A stretch of DNA of 29,523 bases, taken from IMG/VR virus record IMGVR_UViG_3300032237_000566, positions 1 to 29,523 of that record; one strand, 5' to 3'. Shown one piece after another: positions 1 to 8,283 of the stretch. The stretch's first letter is position 1, and the number at the start of each line of letters is the position of its first letter. The DNA comes from a virus (lineage: Duplodnaviria; Caudoviricetes). Below the pieces are notes generated by a model. It searched no databases, was not told where the DNA came from, and saw nothing but the letters and a program-made list of their open reading frames with translations. A program made the position numbers and the translations under genes.

Positions 1-78
1 ATTGACTCAACTGGAGACCGTCACGGCGATTGGCAACAGATCACTCAGAAAACTTTTTATGAAAACCCTAAAGTATAA
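1..78 (+). CDS. 3' end of an upstream gene (partial, ...IDSTGDRHGDWQQITQKTFYENPKV*)
   Basis: Frame 1 is open from base 1 to TAA at 76-78 and overlaps the ATG at 59 of the next gene, as is typical of coupled phage genes. Confidence 0.5.
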   Translation: MDSTGDRHGDWQQITQKTFYENPKV

Positions 79-607
79 TCAACCATGGACGCACTGGATA
101 GCGGATGATTTTTTGTCACCCGAATGCCTGGCTGAGTTAAAGTCAGTTGATCATAAAGGGTCACAGCCTCTGCCCGGCCGGAGAGTGGGTGGAGATCGAA
201 TTTTTATTGGGCCCGAGCATGAGGAACAGTATCCACACATGTATCAGTTGTGGCAGGAACTGCACACAGGTGATATCAAACGCTACTTTGAATCACACAC
301 GGACCTGGACTATACCAATCTGTATCCCAGAGTAGAAGTCATATCAGACCAGGGTGATTTTTATCTTGAACGACATCATGACCTGTTGGAAAAAAGACTC
401 ACAGCCTTGGTCTATACCGATCATACTAAATTATATCCAGGTACCATGCTGGAAGGTGGGTATCGGGTCCAAAGTCGTGACAATCGTTGTATGTTCTTTG
501 TGCCCGGTGAAGATACATGGCACAGTTACCCGCTCACACATTTTGACACAGTACGCAGGGCCATGCAGATCAACTATTGGACTGTCCCATCACCAAGCGG
601 GCCATGA
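59..607 (+). CDS. 2OG-Fe(II) oxygenase superfamily protein
   Basis: HxD (HHD) followed by a beta-strand (KRLTALVY), a distal His (TWHS) and RRAMQINYW carrying the 2OG-binding Arg. ATG at 59 preferred over the edge TTG. Confidence 0.75.
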   Translation: MKTLKYNQPWTHWIADDFLSPECLAELKSVDHKGSQPLPGRRVGGDRIFIGPEHEEQYPHMYQLWQELHTGDIKRYFESHTDLDYTNLYPRVEVISDQGDFYLERHHDLLEKRLTALVYTDHTKLYPGTMLEGGYRVQSRDNRCMFFVPGEDTWHSYPLTHFDTVRRAMQINYWTVPSPSGP

Positions 608-1297
608 CTTTAGGTCGTCAAACCAAGCAGGTGTGAACTCAAAGTCTGCGTTCTGCAACAGATAGTCATGCAGAGTCTTGACACAAAATGCTTCTGGTGG
701 GGTAACTGGTGCGGTCAATCGACTGTCGTACTCGTACCAAAATATGCCATATGGTGCATCAGGGTCAGTAAGTTGAAACAAGAATAGTTGTTCTCGCCCA
801 TAGTCAAAGGCTTTGCATAATTGAGCAAAATGATCAAAGTCCTGCACTTGTTCTAGATGTGCAAAGCGACTGGCATGTTCTTGTCTGGTACAAATAAACG
901 CCGACATAGTTGCTAGTCCACTTATACGTTCTACTGCTCGCAGTCGGCTTTCGCCATTGTTGATACCGTATTTTTCTTGACCATCATAGAATATATTCAT
1001 GGGCTTGACAATACCTTGTTTTCGGATGTCATCAATCCACATGTTTAGTTTAACAATGTTAGCGATATCATAGTGATTGCCGGGATTGTTAATGAATCCA
1101 TCTATTCCACTTTTTTCAATGTGATCGTTGGCCCAGTTGCAGATATCTTGCAAGGATTGTTGATAACGTATGGTTTCTTTTGGCACAGCGGGATCGTAGA
1201 ATATACAATGCACCCCATTGTGAAAACTTTGTTTAATCGGGTCGGGTTGTGATTTCAGCGGGTAAGTTACCCGTATGGTGGGATTGTTCCAGTACAT
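590..1297 (-). CDS. Hypothetical protein with ParB/sulfiredoxin-like N domain
   Basis: IRKQGIVKPMNIF...INNGESRLRAVERI resembles the ParB-N 'G..QPI.V...I.DGERRLRA' motif. Start placed at ATG 1297 (MYWNNP) to avoid overlap with the divergent gene. Confidence 0.55.
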   Translation of the reverse strand: MYWNNPTIRVTYPLKSQPDPIKQSFHNGVHCIFYDPAVPKETIRYQQSLQDICNWANDHIEKSGIDGFINNPGNHYDIANIVKLNMWIDDIRKQGIVKPMNIFYDGQEKYGINNGESRLRAVERISGLATMSAFICTRQEHASRFAHLEQVQDFDHFAQLCKAFDYGREQLFLFQLTDPDAPYGIFWYEYDSRLTAPVTPPEAFCVKTLHDYLLQNADFEFTPAWFDDLKSWPAW

Positions 1298-1302
1298 GCG
1301 GA

Positions 1303-1315
1303 TACTTATTAAATA
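1303..1315. promoter_or_regulatory. Back-to-back TAAGTA (minus) / TAAATA (plus) late-promoter-like motifs between divergent genes
   Basis: The 24-bp spacer has TAAATA at 1310-1315, 6 nt before ATG 1322, and TAAGTA on the minus strand at 1308-1303, 5 nt before ATG 1297. Similar to the T4 late promoter TATAAATA. Confidence 0.45.
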
Positions 1316-1321
1316 CTTTCT

Positions 1322-2422
1322 ATGATAGAAATCTTTGGCCCAACATATCGCTACAACGGTGAAATCTTGACTGAACCTGAAATAATTTACGTCAATGATC
1401 ATCACTACGATGATGACAATCATTGCTTTCATGTAAAAACACTACTGGAAAACAGCGCCTGTGATCCCCATAAACACCTAGTGGTGTTTGATCACATCAA
1501 TCATGATGATGAACTAGCAGAGTACAATCTCTTGTGCATGCCTATATTTTTAGCGGCAGAAGCAAAGGAATTTGAATCGCGAAACATCAAGCCTGACTGG
1601 AGCAACAAGACTCGAGCATTTAACTTCATGATCAATAAACCCAGGCCCAACAGAGAATTTTTGTTGATGTTGATTGAACATTTTGAGTTAGACAATTACA
1701 CACATTCCTTGTGTTGGAAGAAAATTGATATCAATCGTGCCAAGATGTTGAGCAATACCAAATCCGAACAGTACCGACAAATCATCAGCAACACTCAAGT
1801 CAACATAGCCGAAAAATCTTATGCATTTGGGCATGAAGTTTTTTTAGACCAAGGACTCAAATACGGACAAACTAGAAATGGAGAAAACTACGCAGGACTG
1901 TTAAAGCATGCATTGTTTGAACCCAGTTGTGTTAGCCTAATCACTGAGCCCAGTTTCTACGAGCGCGAAACACTCAAGACCGAAAAAACCATCATGGCCA
2001 TCTATGGTGGTACCTTGCCCATCTGGGTGGGAGGTTGGGCCGTACCTGACAGCATGCGTCGTTTGGGATTTGATGTGTTTGATGATATTGTGGATCACAG
2101 TTACGAACGCATGGAAGATCCCTGGGATCGTACCTACTACGCTGTGGAGAAAAATTTACACTTGTTGCGCAACATTGACCGCACTCGAGAGTTTATACAA
2201 AACAATCTGCCAAGGTTCCAGCACAATCTTGACCTGATTCGTCGCAATGTTTTTATGGAAGACCTGGTACAAAAGATCAATCGCTATGACCCGGATACCC
2301 AACGGGTACTTAGAGAAATATCTAGGGGCTTTAGATTTAGATTGTTCAATGATTATAAGTTATTAGGCGATATACTTGGCAATAACGGACCGCCAATCAA
2401 GGAAACAAAACGTTTAGTTTAA
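1322..2422 (+). CDS. Putative glycosyltransferase-like protein (GT10/fucosyltransferase-like C-terminal motif)
   Basis: 366 aa. SLITEPSFYERETLKTEKTIMAIYGGTLPIWVGG resembles the GT10 'E N....Y.TEK...A....vPI..G' motif. Confidence 0.5.
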   Translation: MIEIFGPTYRYNGEILTEPEIIYVNDHHYDDDNHCFHVKTLLENSACDPHKHLVVFDHINHDDELAEYNLLCMPIFLAAEAKEFESRNIKPDWSNKTRAFNFMINKPRPNREFLLMLIEHFELDNYTHSLCWKKIDINRAKMLSNTKSEQYRQIISNTQVNIAEKSYAFGHEVFLDQGLKYGQTRNGENYAGLLKHALFEPSCVSLITEPSFYERETLKTEKTIMAIYGGTLPIWVGGWAVPDSMRRLGFDVFDDIVDHSYERMEDPWDRTYYAVEKNLHLLRNIDRTREFIQNNLPRFQHNLDLIRRNVFMEDLVQKINRYDPDTQRVLREISRGFRFRLFNDYKLLGDILGNNGPPIKETKRLV

Positions 2423-2784
2423 GTTCTCTCTAGATAACGCAAAAACTTTTCCATGTCACCATACATGGCATACATCACAGCCGCTTGACTACCAAACAAG
2501 ATCAACCGAGCATTCTTACCGCCTTTGAGATAGTAAGGACAATCCAGTTTTCGATTCAAGATCATGAGTAACCTGGGACTCAATACTATTGTAAAATCAA
2601 ATTCATATTCATATTGTTCAATCGATAAAAATCTAAAAGCATCATAGCCAGAGATGCTCAATCTCAATCCGCCATCGTCACGTGGATCTTGCCACCATGA
2701 TTTGAGTGCCAGTTCAATACCAAGCCGGTCATCTGCCGGCAATTGATTTAACAGTTGCCGAGTGAGATTGAGTTTATCTAGCAT
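2419..2784 (-). CDS. Hypothetical phage protein
   Basis: 121-aa ORF, overlapping the end of the upstream gene; its stop overlaps the convergent stop at 2422. Confidence 0.7.
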   Translation of the reverse strand: MLDKLNLTRQLLNQLPADDRLGIELALKSWWQDPRDDGGLRLSISGYDAFRFLSIEQYEYEFDFTIVLSPRLLMILNRKLDCPYYLKGGKNARLILFGSQAAVMYAMYGDMEKFLRYLERT

Positions 2785-3073
2785 CGGGGTATACTTGCGC
2801 CCCCTGCGTCAAGAGCACGACTGTGAACTTGTCGGTCTTGAATTGTGTGTTGAGTTTACGTGCCAAGTTTTTGGCATGGCCAGGATTGGAAAACGAAACC
2901 TTTTTGTATTTAGGTCCCGGATATTGTGTGAGCATGTTAGATGTTTTGAGATTGATAGGTTTGGTATCAAAAAACACCGCCCACACGCCTTCAGAAGCCA
3001 ACACTTGTTCGGTTTTGTAAGTTGCTTTGTCAGTGTGTTCAATCAGCACATTTGGCTTGGGTCTCGACATCAT
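2774..3073 (-). CDS. Hypothetical phage protein (basic, about 98 aa)
   Basis: GGAG Shine-Dalgarno just upstream of ATGATG; overlaps the next gene. Confidence 0.75.
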   Translation of the reverse strand: MMSRPKPNVLIEHTDKATYKTEQVLASEGVWAVFFDTKPINLKTSNMLTQYPGPKYKKVSFSNPGHAKNLARKLNTQFKTDKFTVVLLTQGAQVYPDAR

Positions 3074-3079
3074 TATCTC

Positions 3080-3106
3080 CGTAGTTTATTTATCTCAAAA
3101 ACTACG
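3080..3106 (-). promoter_or_regulatory. Hairpin CGTAGTTT/AAACTACG abutting the RBS, with GATAAATA late-promoter-like motif in the loop
   Basis: Minus strand reads CGTAGTTT-TTGAGATAAAT-AAACTACG-GAGATAATG: a perfect 8-bp inverted repeat whose 3' arm includes the first G of GGAG. Confidence 0.6.
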
Positions 3107-3317
3107 TGGTTTTGAAACTGCCACCACTCAATTCTACCGAGATTGTTTCTGGTTTTGGCTGGATATTTTGGCTATGCAATGTTTCCAATGTCAATAGTAG
3201 TTTGGTAATATCACTATGTAAATCTTTGGCCTCACGCATGGTCATCCCAAAGTCTCGTTGACCACGTGATTCGTGTGCTTTGATTGAGTCCACAAAGCGA
3301 TTGATATGCAGGCTCAT
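3102..3317 (-). CDS. Hypothetical phage protein (71 aa)
   Basis: Starts MSLHINRFVD at an ATGA overlap with the upstream stop (3314-3317). Confidence 0.7.
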   Translation of the reverse strand: MSLHINRFVDSIKAHESRGQRDFGMTMREAKDLHSDITKLLLTLETLHSQNIQPKPETISVELSGGSFKTT

Positions 3318-3670
3318 GACAAAAACTTGGCCAAATCGGGTGGCTGCCAACCCACAGGTTTCAGCACCTTGCCGTCTTCGCGCTTGCGCACTCGACCTGT
3401 GGCATGATCGATCTTGGCAAAATTGGTGGCCATGACTTCTTTCCAGGCACCTTCAGCATCGGCACCCAGGCTGTGGATGGCACCAATGGTCACAACCAAG
3501 ATGTCAATCAAGGCATCAAGATCATCTGTCTTGGTCTTGCTGGCCACCAGTTCATTGAATTCCTCGCTGATGAGATTGCAATACAGTTGATACTGAGCCT
3601 CGTTGAACTGGCCCACAGTTTGTTCGCAGGCTCGCATGAATTTTTCTTGATCTCTAAATGGATTAGACAC
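3314..3670 (-). CDS. MazG-like / all-alpha NTP pyrophosphohydrolase (PRA-PH/DR2231-like)
   Basis: LISEEFNEL...DDLDALIDILVV acidic metal-binding helices, then EVMATNFAK and REDGKVLKP.GW..PDL, typical of this family. GTG start at 3670 overlaps the upstream stop. Confidence 0.8.
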   Translation of the reverse strand: MSNPFRDQEKFMRACEQTVGQFNEAQYQLYCNLISEEFNELVASKTKTDDLDALIDILVVTIGAIHSLGADAEGAWKEVMATNFAKIDHATGRVRKREDGKVLKPVGWQPPDLAKFLS

Positions 3671-4103
3671 CGGCTTGCTCCTTGGTTTGAAATGGACCTT
3701 GGTAGGCATAACGTTCCAAGGTAATAAGTTTAGGGTGCTGTACCACTCGCCACTTGCGATGTTGCTTGACTCGGTACCAGCCGGCAGCAAACCATGATTT
3801 GGATCGATCTTCTCTGGTAAACAGTGGCAATCGGTGCCTGACGTCCCATAATGGGTTGAATACATCTCCTGCAACTTCATGACCATACACCATGTTGGGT
3901 GGCAATGGAGTTGCTGTTTCAGGTGGCTCAAATTGGATGCCAACCGCCTCCCGGGCCATCTTGATGGTTTTGTAACTTACTATACTGTCAAGAATTTTTA
4001 TTGTACAGTTACCGTTTTCTTTCAGTTCAAGTTGGCCAATCTTGCGATCATCCTTCTTGAGTATCCAATACTGATTCTCTACCACTGGTTTGGCTAATAT
4101 CAT
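3663..4103 (-). CDS. Hypothetical phage protein
   Basis: 146-aa ORF overlapping both neighbours. Confidence 0.7.
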   Translation of the reverse strand: MILAKPVVENQYWILKKDDRKIGQLELKENGNCTIKILDSIVSYKTIKMAREAVGIQFEPPETATPLPPNMVYGHEVAGDVFNPLWDVRHRLPLFTREDRSKSWFAAGWYRVKQHRKWRVVQHPKLITLERYAYQGPFQTKEQAGV

Positions 4104-5097
4104 CTAGCACTCCTTTATATGTTTCATTCAGCCAGCGACCAAACTGTTCGGCCGCATCGCTACATTTGTTCAATTCGTACTTGCCGCGGAATTGCATAAA
4201 TCTCACTCCTACCTGTCCCACATCCTTGTGTGAGATTTGTTCACGTATGGCTGTGTCTATGGTGTTTTTAATATCATCTGGCTGGGCAGTAAGATCAATC
4301 AAGGTACGATTGCGTTCGTAGTCATCCAGCACACGATGCTCCGCACCCTCCGGGTCGGTCCAACGTTGCAACATCATGTTGTTCCAATTGTATCCGCGCC
4401 GGTCTCGGTCTCCAAAGGCCTCACGGAGACCAACTTTATTCTTTGTGCCTTTCTCACGTACTCCCGGATAAGCAGAGAAGACATTGTCGGAGGAGTCGCC
4501 ACGCATGCACTTCTCAAAGAGTAGCCAAGCCGGGTCCGGGATGGTTTTTGGCTGTTTAGTTTTCTTATCATTGACGTGCTTACCTTTCGCATCAAATATG
4601 CCCTCCAGCGTTAATAATTCGTCACTGATGCCATTGTACTGTGTGACATTGGGTGCAAGTAATTGTACAAAATCAGAATCTGAACTGATAATCACGTGTT
4701 GGTCTTGGGGGTGCAAAGCAATCCAACGTGCTATGATATCATCTGCTTCAGCAGTGGCACATCGGATAACGCTACAGTTGGTTTTGGTAGCCAAGTATTT
4801 AGTCAGTTCGTCATAGGTTTCCCAGAACAACTTGTCTTCTTCGGCTTCTTCTTCGGTCATCTTGCCGCGAGCCACAGCACGGTTGGCCTTGTAGGGTTTG
4901 TAGTAGTCTTTGCGCCAGGAGCGACCTTCCAGTGCAAATACCACGTGATCTGCTTCAAATCGTCGGGCCATCTTGTTCACAGCCATCAGTGTAACATGTA
5001 GAGCAAAACCTAATTTGGTCCATGAATCTGCGGCTCTAAATGCTCCGTGTCTAGCACGGAAAAACATGTTGGCAGTATCAATCAGTACGTATTTCAT
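4048..5097 (-). CDS. rnh: T4 RNase H-like 5'-3' exonuclease / flap endonuclease
   Basis: LIDTANMFFR, SWRKDYYKPYKANR, EADDII, IISSDSDFVQL, GDSSDNV: all conserved acidic motifs of the FEN/T4 RNase H family. Confidence 0.9.
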   Translation of the reverse strand: MKYVLIDTANMFFRARHGAFRAADSWTKLGFALHVTLMAVNKMARRFEADHVVFALEGRSWRKDYYKPYKANRAVARGKMTEEEAEEDKLFWETYDELTKYLATKTNCSVIRCATAEADDIIARWIALHPQDQHVIISSDSDFVQLLAPNVTQYNGISDELLTLEGIFDAKGKHVNDKKTKQPKTIPDPAWLLFEKCMRGDSSDNVFSAYPGVREKGTKNKVGLREAFGDRDRRGYNWNNMMLQRWTDPEGAEHRVLDDYERNRTLIDLTAQPDDIKNTIDTAIREQISHKDVGQVGVRFMQFRGKYELNKCSDAAEQFGRWLNETYKGVLDDISQTSGRESVLDTQEG

Positions 5098-5803
5098 TGG
5101 TCACAATCAAGTTGTTATCGTTGATGTATTGTAACACATAGTTGGCCCAAAAGCAATGGGCATCAGCACCAAAATGGTAACTTTTGGGGTTAACATACTC
5201 AAAACCGTTGTTTCTACACACAGCACTATAGGAATGATCTATGGAATATGGCTCAATATACATTGTCCCCCATGCCCGATCTCTTGGTAATTCACTGAAT
5301 GTACTGTGTCCGTTAAAGAACAGGTGTGGAATCTGGTGTTGGTTGAGTTCTTGATGGAATGCCCAAATTTGATCATGTGCTCTACGAGTGGCAGTTTTCC
5401 AATCCACATCAATCACAAACTGCCGATAACGATCACGTAATTCGGGCGGGACGACATCCCAACCGCTGGCATTGACCTGGTACCATGTGCCTTCATGAAA
5501 CCACTCTTCTCGTTCCCAAGTTGACCACTGTATGATCATGAACGTGTTGGCAAGTCGGTCCGGGTTGCGTAGGATCCATTCTCGTGTGGTTCGAATCATA
5601 CGATCATTGCTTGACGCAGATTCGGCATCGCAAATCATTTCAACATCCAACATCTTGGCAAGATTGGTGCACCAACTGACTGCAAGATTGGCCGGATGTG
5701 GTCTGCGATCTATGCCGTTTTTGCCATCGTCCACAGCAAACACTTCATTCACTGCGGCCTCGGCTGCCGCAGTATGACTACACCCATTCACATACAATAT
5801 CAT
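5078..5803 (-). CDS. SGNH/GDSL hydrolase-like protein
   Basis: N-terminal NGCSHT (block I GxS), IIQWSTWER, and C-terminal YHFGADAH (block V His). Confidence 0.6.
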   Translation of the reverse strand: MILYVNGCSHTAAAEAAVNEVFAVDDGKNGIDRRPHPANLAVSWCTNLAKMLDVEMICDAESASSNDRMIRTTREWILRNPDRLANTFMIIQWSTWEREEWFHEGTWYQVNASGWDVVPPELRDRYRQFVIDVDWKTATRRAHDQIWAFHQELNQHQIPHLFFNGHSTFSELPRDRAWGTMYIEPYSIDHSYSAVCRNNGFEYVNPKSYHFGADAHCFWANYVLQYINDNNLIVTNEIRTD

Positions 5804-6276
5804 CGTTGTAGTAGAACTTTTTCAGTTTCAGCAGCCACCACACGCTTGCGTAGACTTGAACTGGAGAACGAATGATCTCTACTGTTAAATATATGTTCAA
5901 TCTGCATAGACTGCCCTTCACTACGTCCGGTAAAGTTTGTGTCCTCATACTCGCTGCCTAAGATGCGTACATCAATTGGTAATGTAAGAATTAAATCTAC
6001 TAGATCTTGTTCTGTGGTGTATACAACAATCTCGTCTACAAAACGGCAAGCACCTAATTGTATTTGACGTTCTACAATACTTTGAACAGGAGGATTTTTA
6101 ATGCCCGGGCGATCAATACTTGCATCTGTTTGTAATCCTGCAATCAAGTAGTCGCAATGATTTTTGGCTTCGGCCAACATGGCGATGTGCCCTGCGTGTA
6201 GCATGTCAAATTGACTGAATGTGATACCGATTTTTTTGCCCTCGGCTTTGAGTTCTTTAATGTGATTGAATATCAT
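5800..6276 (-). CDS. Cytidylyltransferase (TagD/RfaE-like HIGH nucleotidyltransferase)
   Basis: FDMLHAGH (HxGH), LIAGLQTD, ERQIQL...FVDEIV, and RDHSFSSSSLRKR. Start at ATGA overlap 6276. Confidence 0.85.
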   Translation of the reverse strand: MIFNHIKELKAEGKKIGITFSQFDMLHAGHIAMLAEAKNHCDYLIAGLQTDASIDRPGIKNPPVQSIVERQIQLGACRFVDEIVVYTTEQDLVDLILTLPIDVRILGSEYEDTNFTGRSEGQSMQIEHIFNSRDHSFSSSSLRKRVVAAETEKVLLQR

Positions 6277-6665
6277 GATACCTCTGTTCTTCCGCCGCCG
6301 ATGTCTCGACTGTTTACATATTGACTGCTGTACTTGTTCATGGCCTGTTCTTGTTCCCATGTTTCCATGACCACATGGCGGCAAATATTTTGGAACCAAC
6401 GATCCACAATGTCAGCGTCCGCATCATCGGGTTTCATCATGTAACCGGCTTTGACCAAGCGAGCCACAAAGATATCGTTCCAGTCTAGTTCAAATGCACC
6501 TTGATGCAAGTTGTTGGGATCTATGTCCATGCGAACAATGCTCACATAGGGCTCTTTGTTTTCTGTAGCAAGTTCTTTTTCGGTCTTCTCTGGTGCTCGA
6601 GGCTTGGGTTCGGACCGAACTTTTACTGGCTCAGGCTTCTTGCGAAATCGATCAAATAGTCCCAT
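6273..6665 (-). CDS. Hypothetical phage protein
   Basis: Starts MGLFDRFRKK at a TGATG overlap with the queE stop. Confidence 0.7.
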   Translation of the reverse strand: MGLFDRFRKKPEPVKVRSEPKPRAPEKTEKELATENKEPYVSIVRMDIDPNNLHQGAFELDWNDIFVARLVKAGYMMKPDDADADIVDRWFQNICRHVVMETWEQEQAMNKYSSQYVNSRDIGGGRTEVS

Positions 6666-7504
6666 CAGGTGCCCCATTCGTTTTTAAACAGTGGAACCTG
6701 GAGTCGGTCTGAGTATCTCCAACCTTTTCGCATGGCCATTTCTGCCACTGATCGATTATTAAGATTGTACACCCGCTCAACGCCACCCACAGGCATGACA
6801 TAAACAGGACCTGTAAAACCCGCTGTACGGTATTCCGACACTGCACGTTCTGCATCTGCTAGATCCTGTTCTGTTGCAATTACCAATTTTAAATAGGTAT
6901 AGCCAACTTGCTCATATTCGCATACCACTTCGGGTCGAATGGCCTCCTCCCACCGCTCACCTGATCCAGGAAGTTTGGCACTGACACTGAACGTGATTTC
7001 TCGCTGTGCTCTCCATCGCAGTAGATACTCTTTGAACTCTGCTGTCAACGGTTGGGTGCCATTGGTCTCAAATGTAATTTCTTTGAGACGGTGCATACTG
7101 TCGTGATCCAGCAAGTCTGGATAGGCACGTTGCCAGCCTAGCAGTGGCTCACCGCCTGTGATCACAAGATGCTCTTCTTCCCAACGACGATGTGGAAGTA
7201 TTTGCATGATGCGATCCACAATGGCATTGGTTTCCAGCATGGGACTCAAGTCTCGGAATCTTGGATCCCAAGACGCATAACTATCACAGCCTGTGGAGAC
7301 CAAGGGCAATTGATTGTAGTCTCGGAAATCAAACACACGTTCGGCAATGGCATCACGCTCCACGCTCATTTCGCCACGTGGCATGCCAAAGCCACCACAA
7401 GTGAAGTTGCACCCAAATGTTCTCAAGAACACACTAGGCACACCCATATACCGGCCTTCTCCTTGCACACTATAAAACAGTTCTGCTATTTTGAGTTTGC
7501 TCAT
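6665..7504 (-). CDS. queE: 7-carboxy-7-deazaguanine synthase (radical SAM)
   Basis: ELFYSVQGEGRYMGVPSVFLRTFGCNFTC...GCDS, ITGGEPLL, FETNGT, SVSAKL, WRYSDRLQ. The Cys motif is expanded to CX3CX36C. Confidence 0.88.
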   Translation of the reverse strand: MSKLKIAELFYSVQGEGRYMGVPSVFLRTFGCNFTCGGFGMPRGEMSVERDAIAERVFDFRDYNQLPLVSTGCDSYASWDPRFRDLSPMLETNAIVDRIMQILPHRRWEEEHLVITGGEPLLGWQRAYPDLLDHDSMHRLKEITFETNGTQPLTAEFKEYLLRWRAQREITFSVSAKLPGSGERWEEAIRPEVVCEYEQVGYTYLKLVIATEQDLADAERAVSEYRTAGFTGPVYVMPVGGVERVYNLNNRSVAEMAMRKGWRYSDRLQVPLFKNEWGT

Positions 7505-8283
7505 ATTTTCCTTGCTTTTACCAACAAATGCCAACCTAGATATTCTTTCACTGCGTCTCGCATTTCTTCTGGCATGGCCGCAAACCACGGCTCCAGTTCA
7601 TATCTGCCTTGTTTGTAGGCTTCTACATTATACATGAAACAGTGGGCTTGACGCAACCTCTCAATATGGAATCGATCACCTAATAGAGCATACACTTCGT
7701 CATTTGAATAGGCTTGTGCAAACGGGCATCCTGCTTGTGCTTCAAATTGATCCAGGCCCTTGCGGATCATGCTGTACTTCCAGGAGTTTTTGGCATAGAC
7801 CAGGAATCTAAACTCGCCTTGCGGTTCCAACACATCATAGGCATTTTGAATCATGTTATCTATTCTGGGAAAGTGGTGCATGACACCGCAACTGTAAACC
7901 AGATCAAACTTGCCCAGGCCTCGATATGTTTTGGGATCACTTGCATCGCCATTCACAAATCGGCCTTCTAGTCCCTCGACTTCAAATCGGCGTTGTGCCA
8001 ATTCAATTGTTTTGTCACTGATGTCAATGGCAGTGTAGTCTGCACCATGCTTGGCAAATTCAGCCGCATCGGTTCCAATACCGCACCCAATTTCCAACAC
8101 ACGCTTGCCCTGCCAAAGATGAAATCCAGCAAAGTCTTTCATGTGTGGTTCCACACGATATCTGCGTTCAGTAATTTCCTGATAAAACTCCAAGGTGCCT
8201 ACTTCACTTTTGCCGTGCTTGATGTTGCAAGGCTGTGCGTTCCAATAACGCACAATGCGTTCTTCTAAATTGTGATCTGTCAT
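7501..8283 (-). CDS. Class I SAM-dependent methyltransferase
   Basis: VLEIGCGIGTD motif I, AIDIS motif II, GDA, FDLVYSCGVMHH. Confidence 0.88.
   Translation of the reverse strand: MTDHNLEERIVRYWNAQPCNIKHGKSEVGTLEFYQEITERRYRVEPHMKDFAGFHLWQGKRVLEIGCGIGTDAAEFAKHGADYTAIDISDKTIELAQRRFEVEGLEGRFVNGDASDPKTYRGLGKFDLVYSCGVMHHFPRIDNMIQNAYDVLEPQGEFRFLVYAKNSWKYSMIRKGLDQFEAQAGCPFAQAYSNDEVYALLGDRFHIERLRQAHCFMYNVEAYKQGRYELEPWFAAMPEEMRDAVKEYLGWHLLVKARKI

Noticed and set aside
3671-3943. N-terminal extensions in the ORF track (MazG-like, cytidylyltransferase, QueE, MTase, GT-B, 590-1432 ORF)
   Set aside because: The extensions overlap upstream genes; downstream starts give clean stop/start overlaps and align with where the domains begin.
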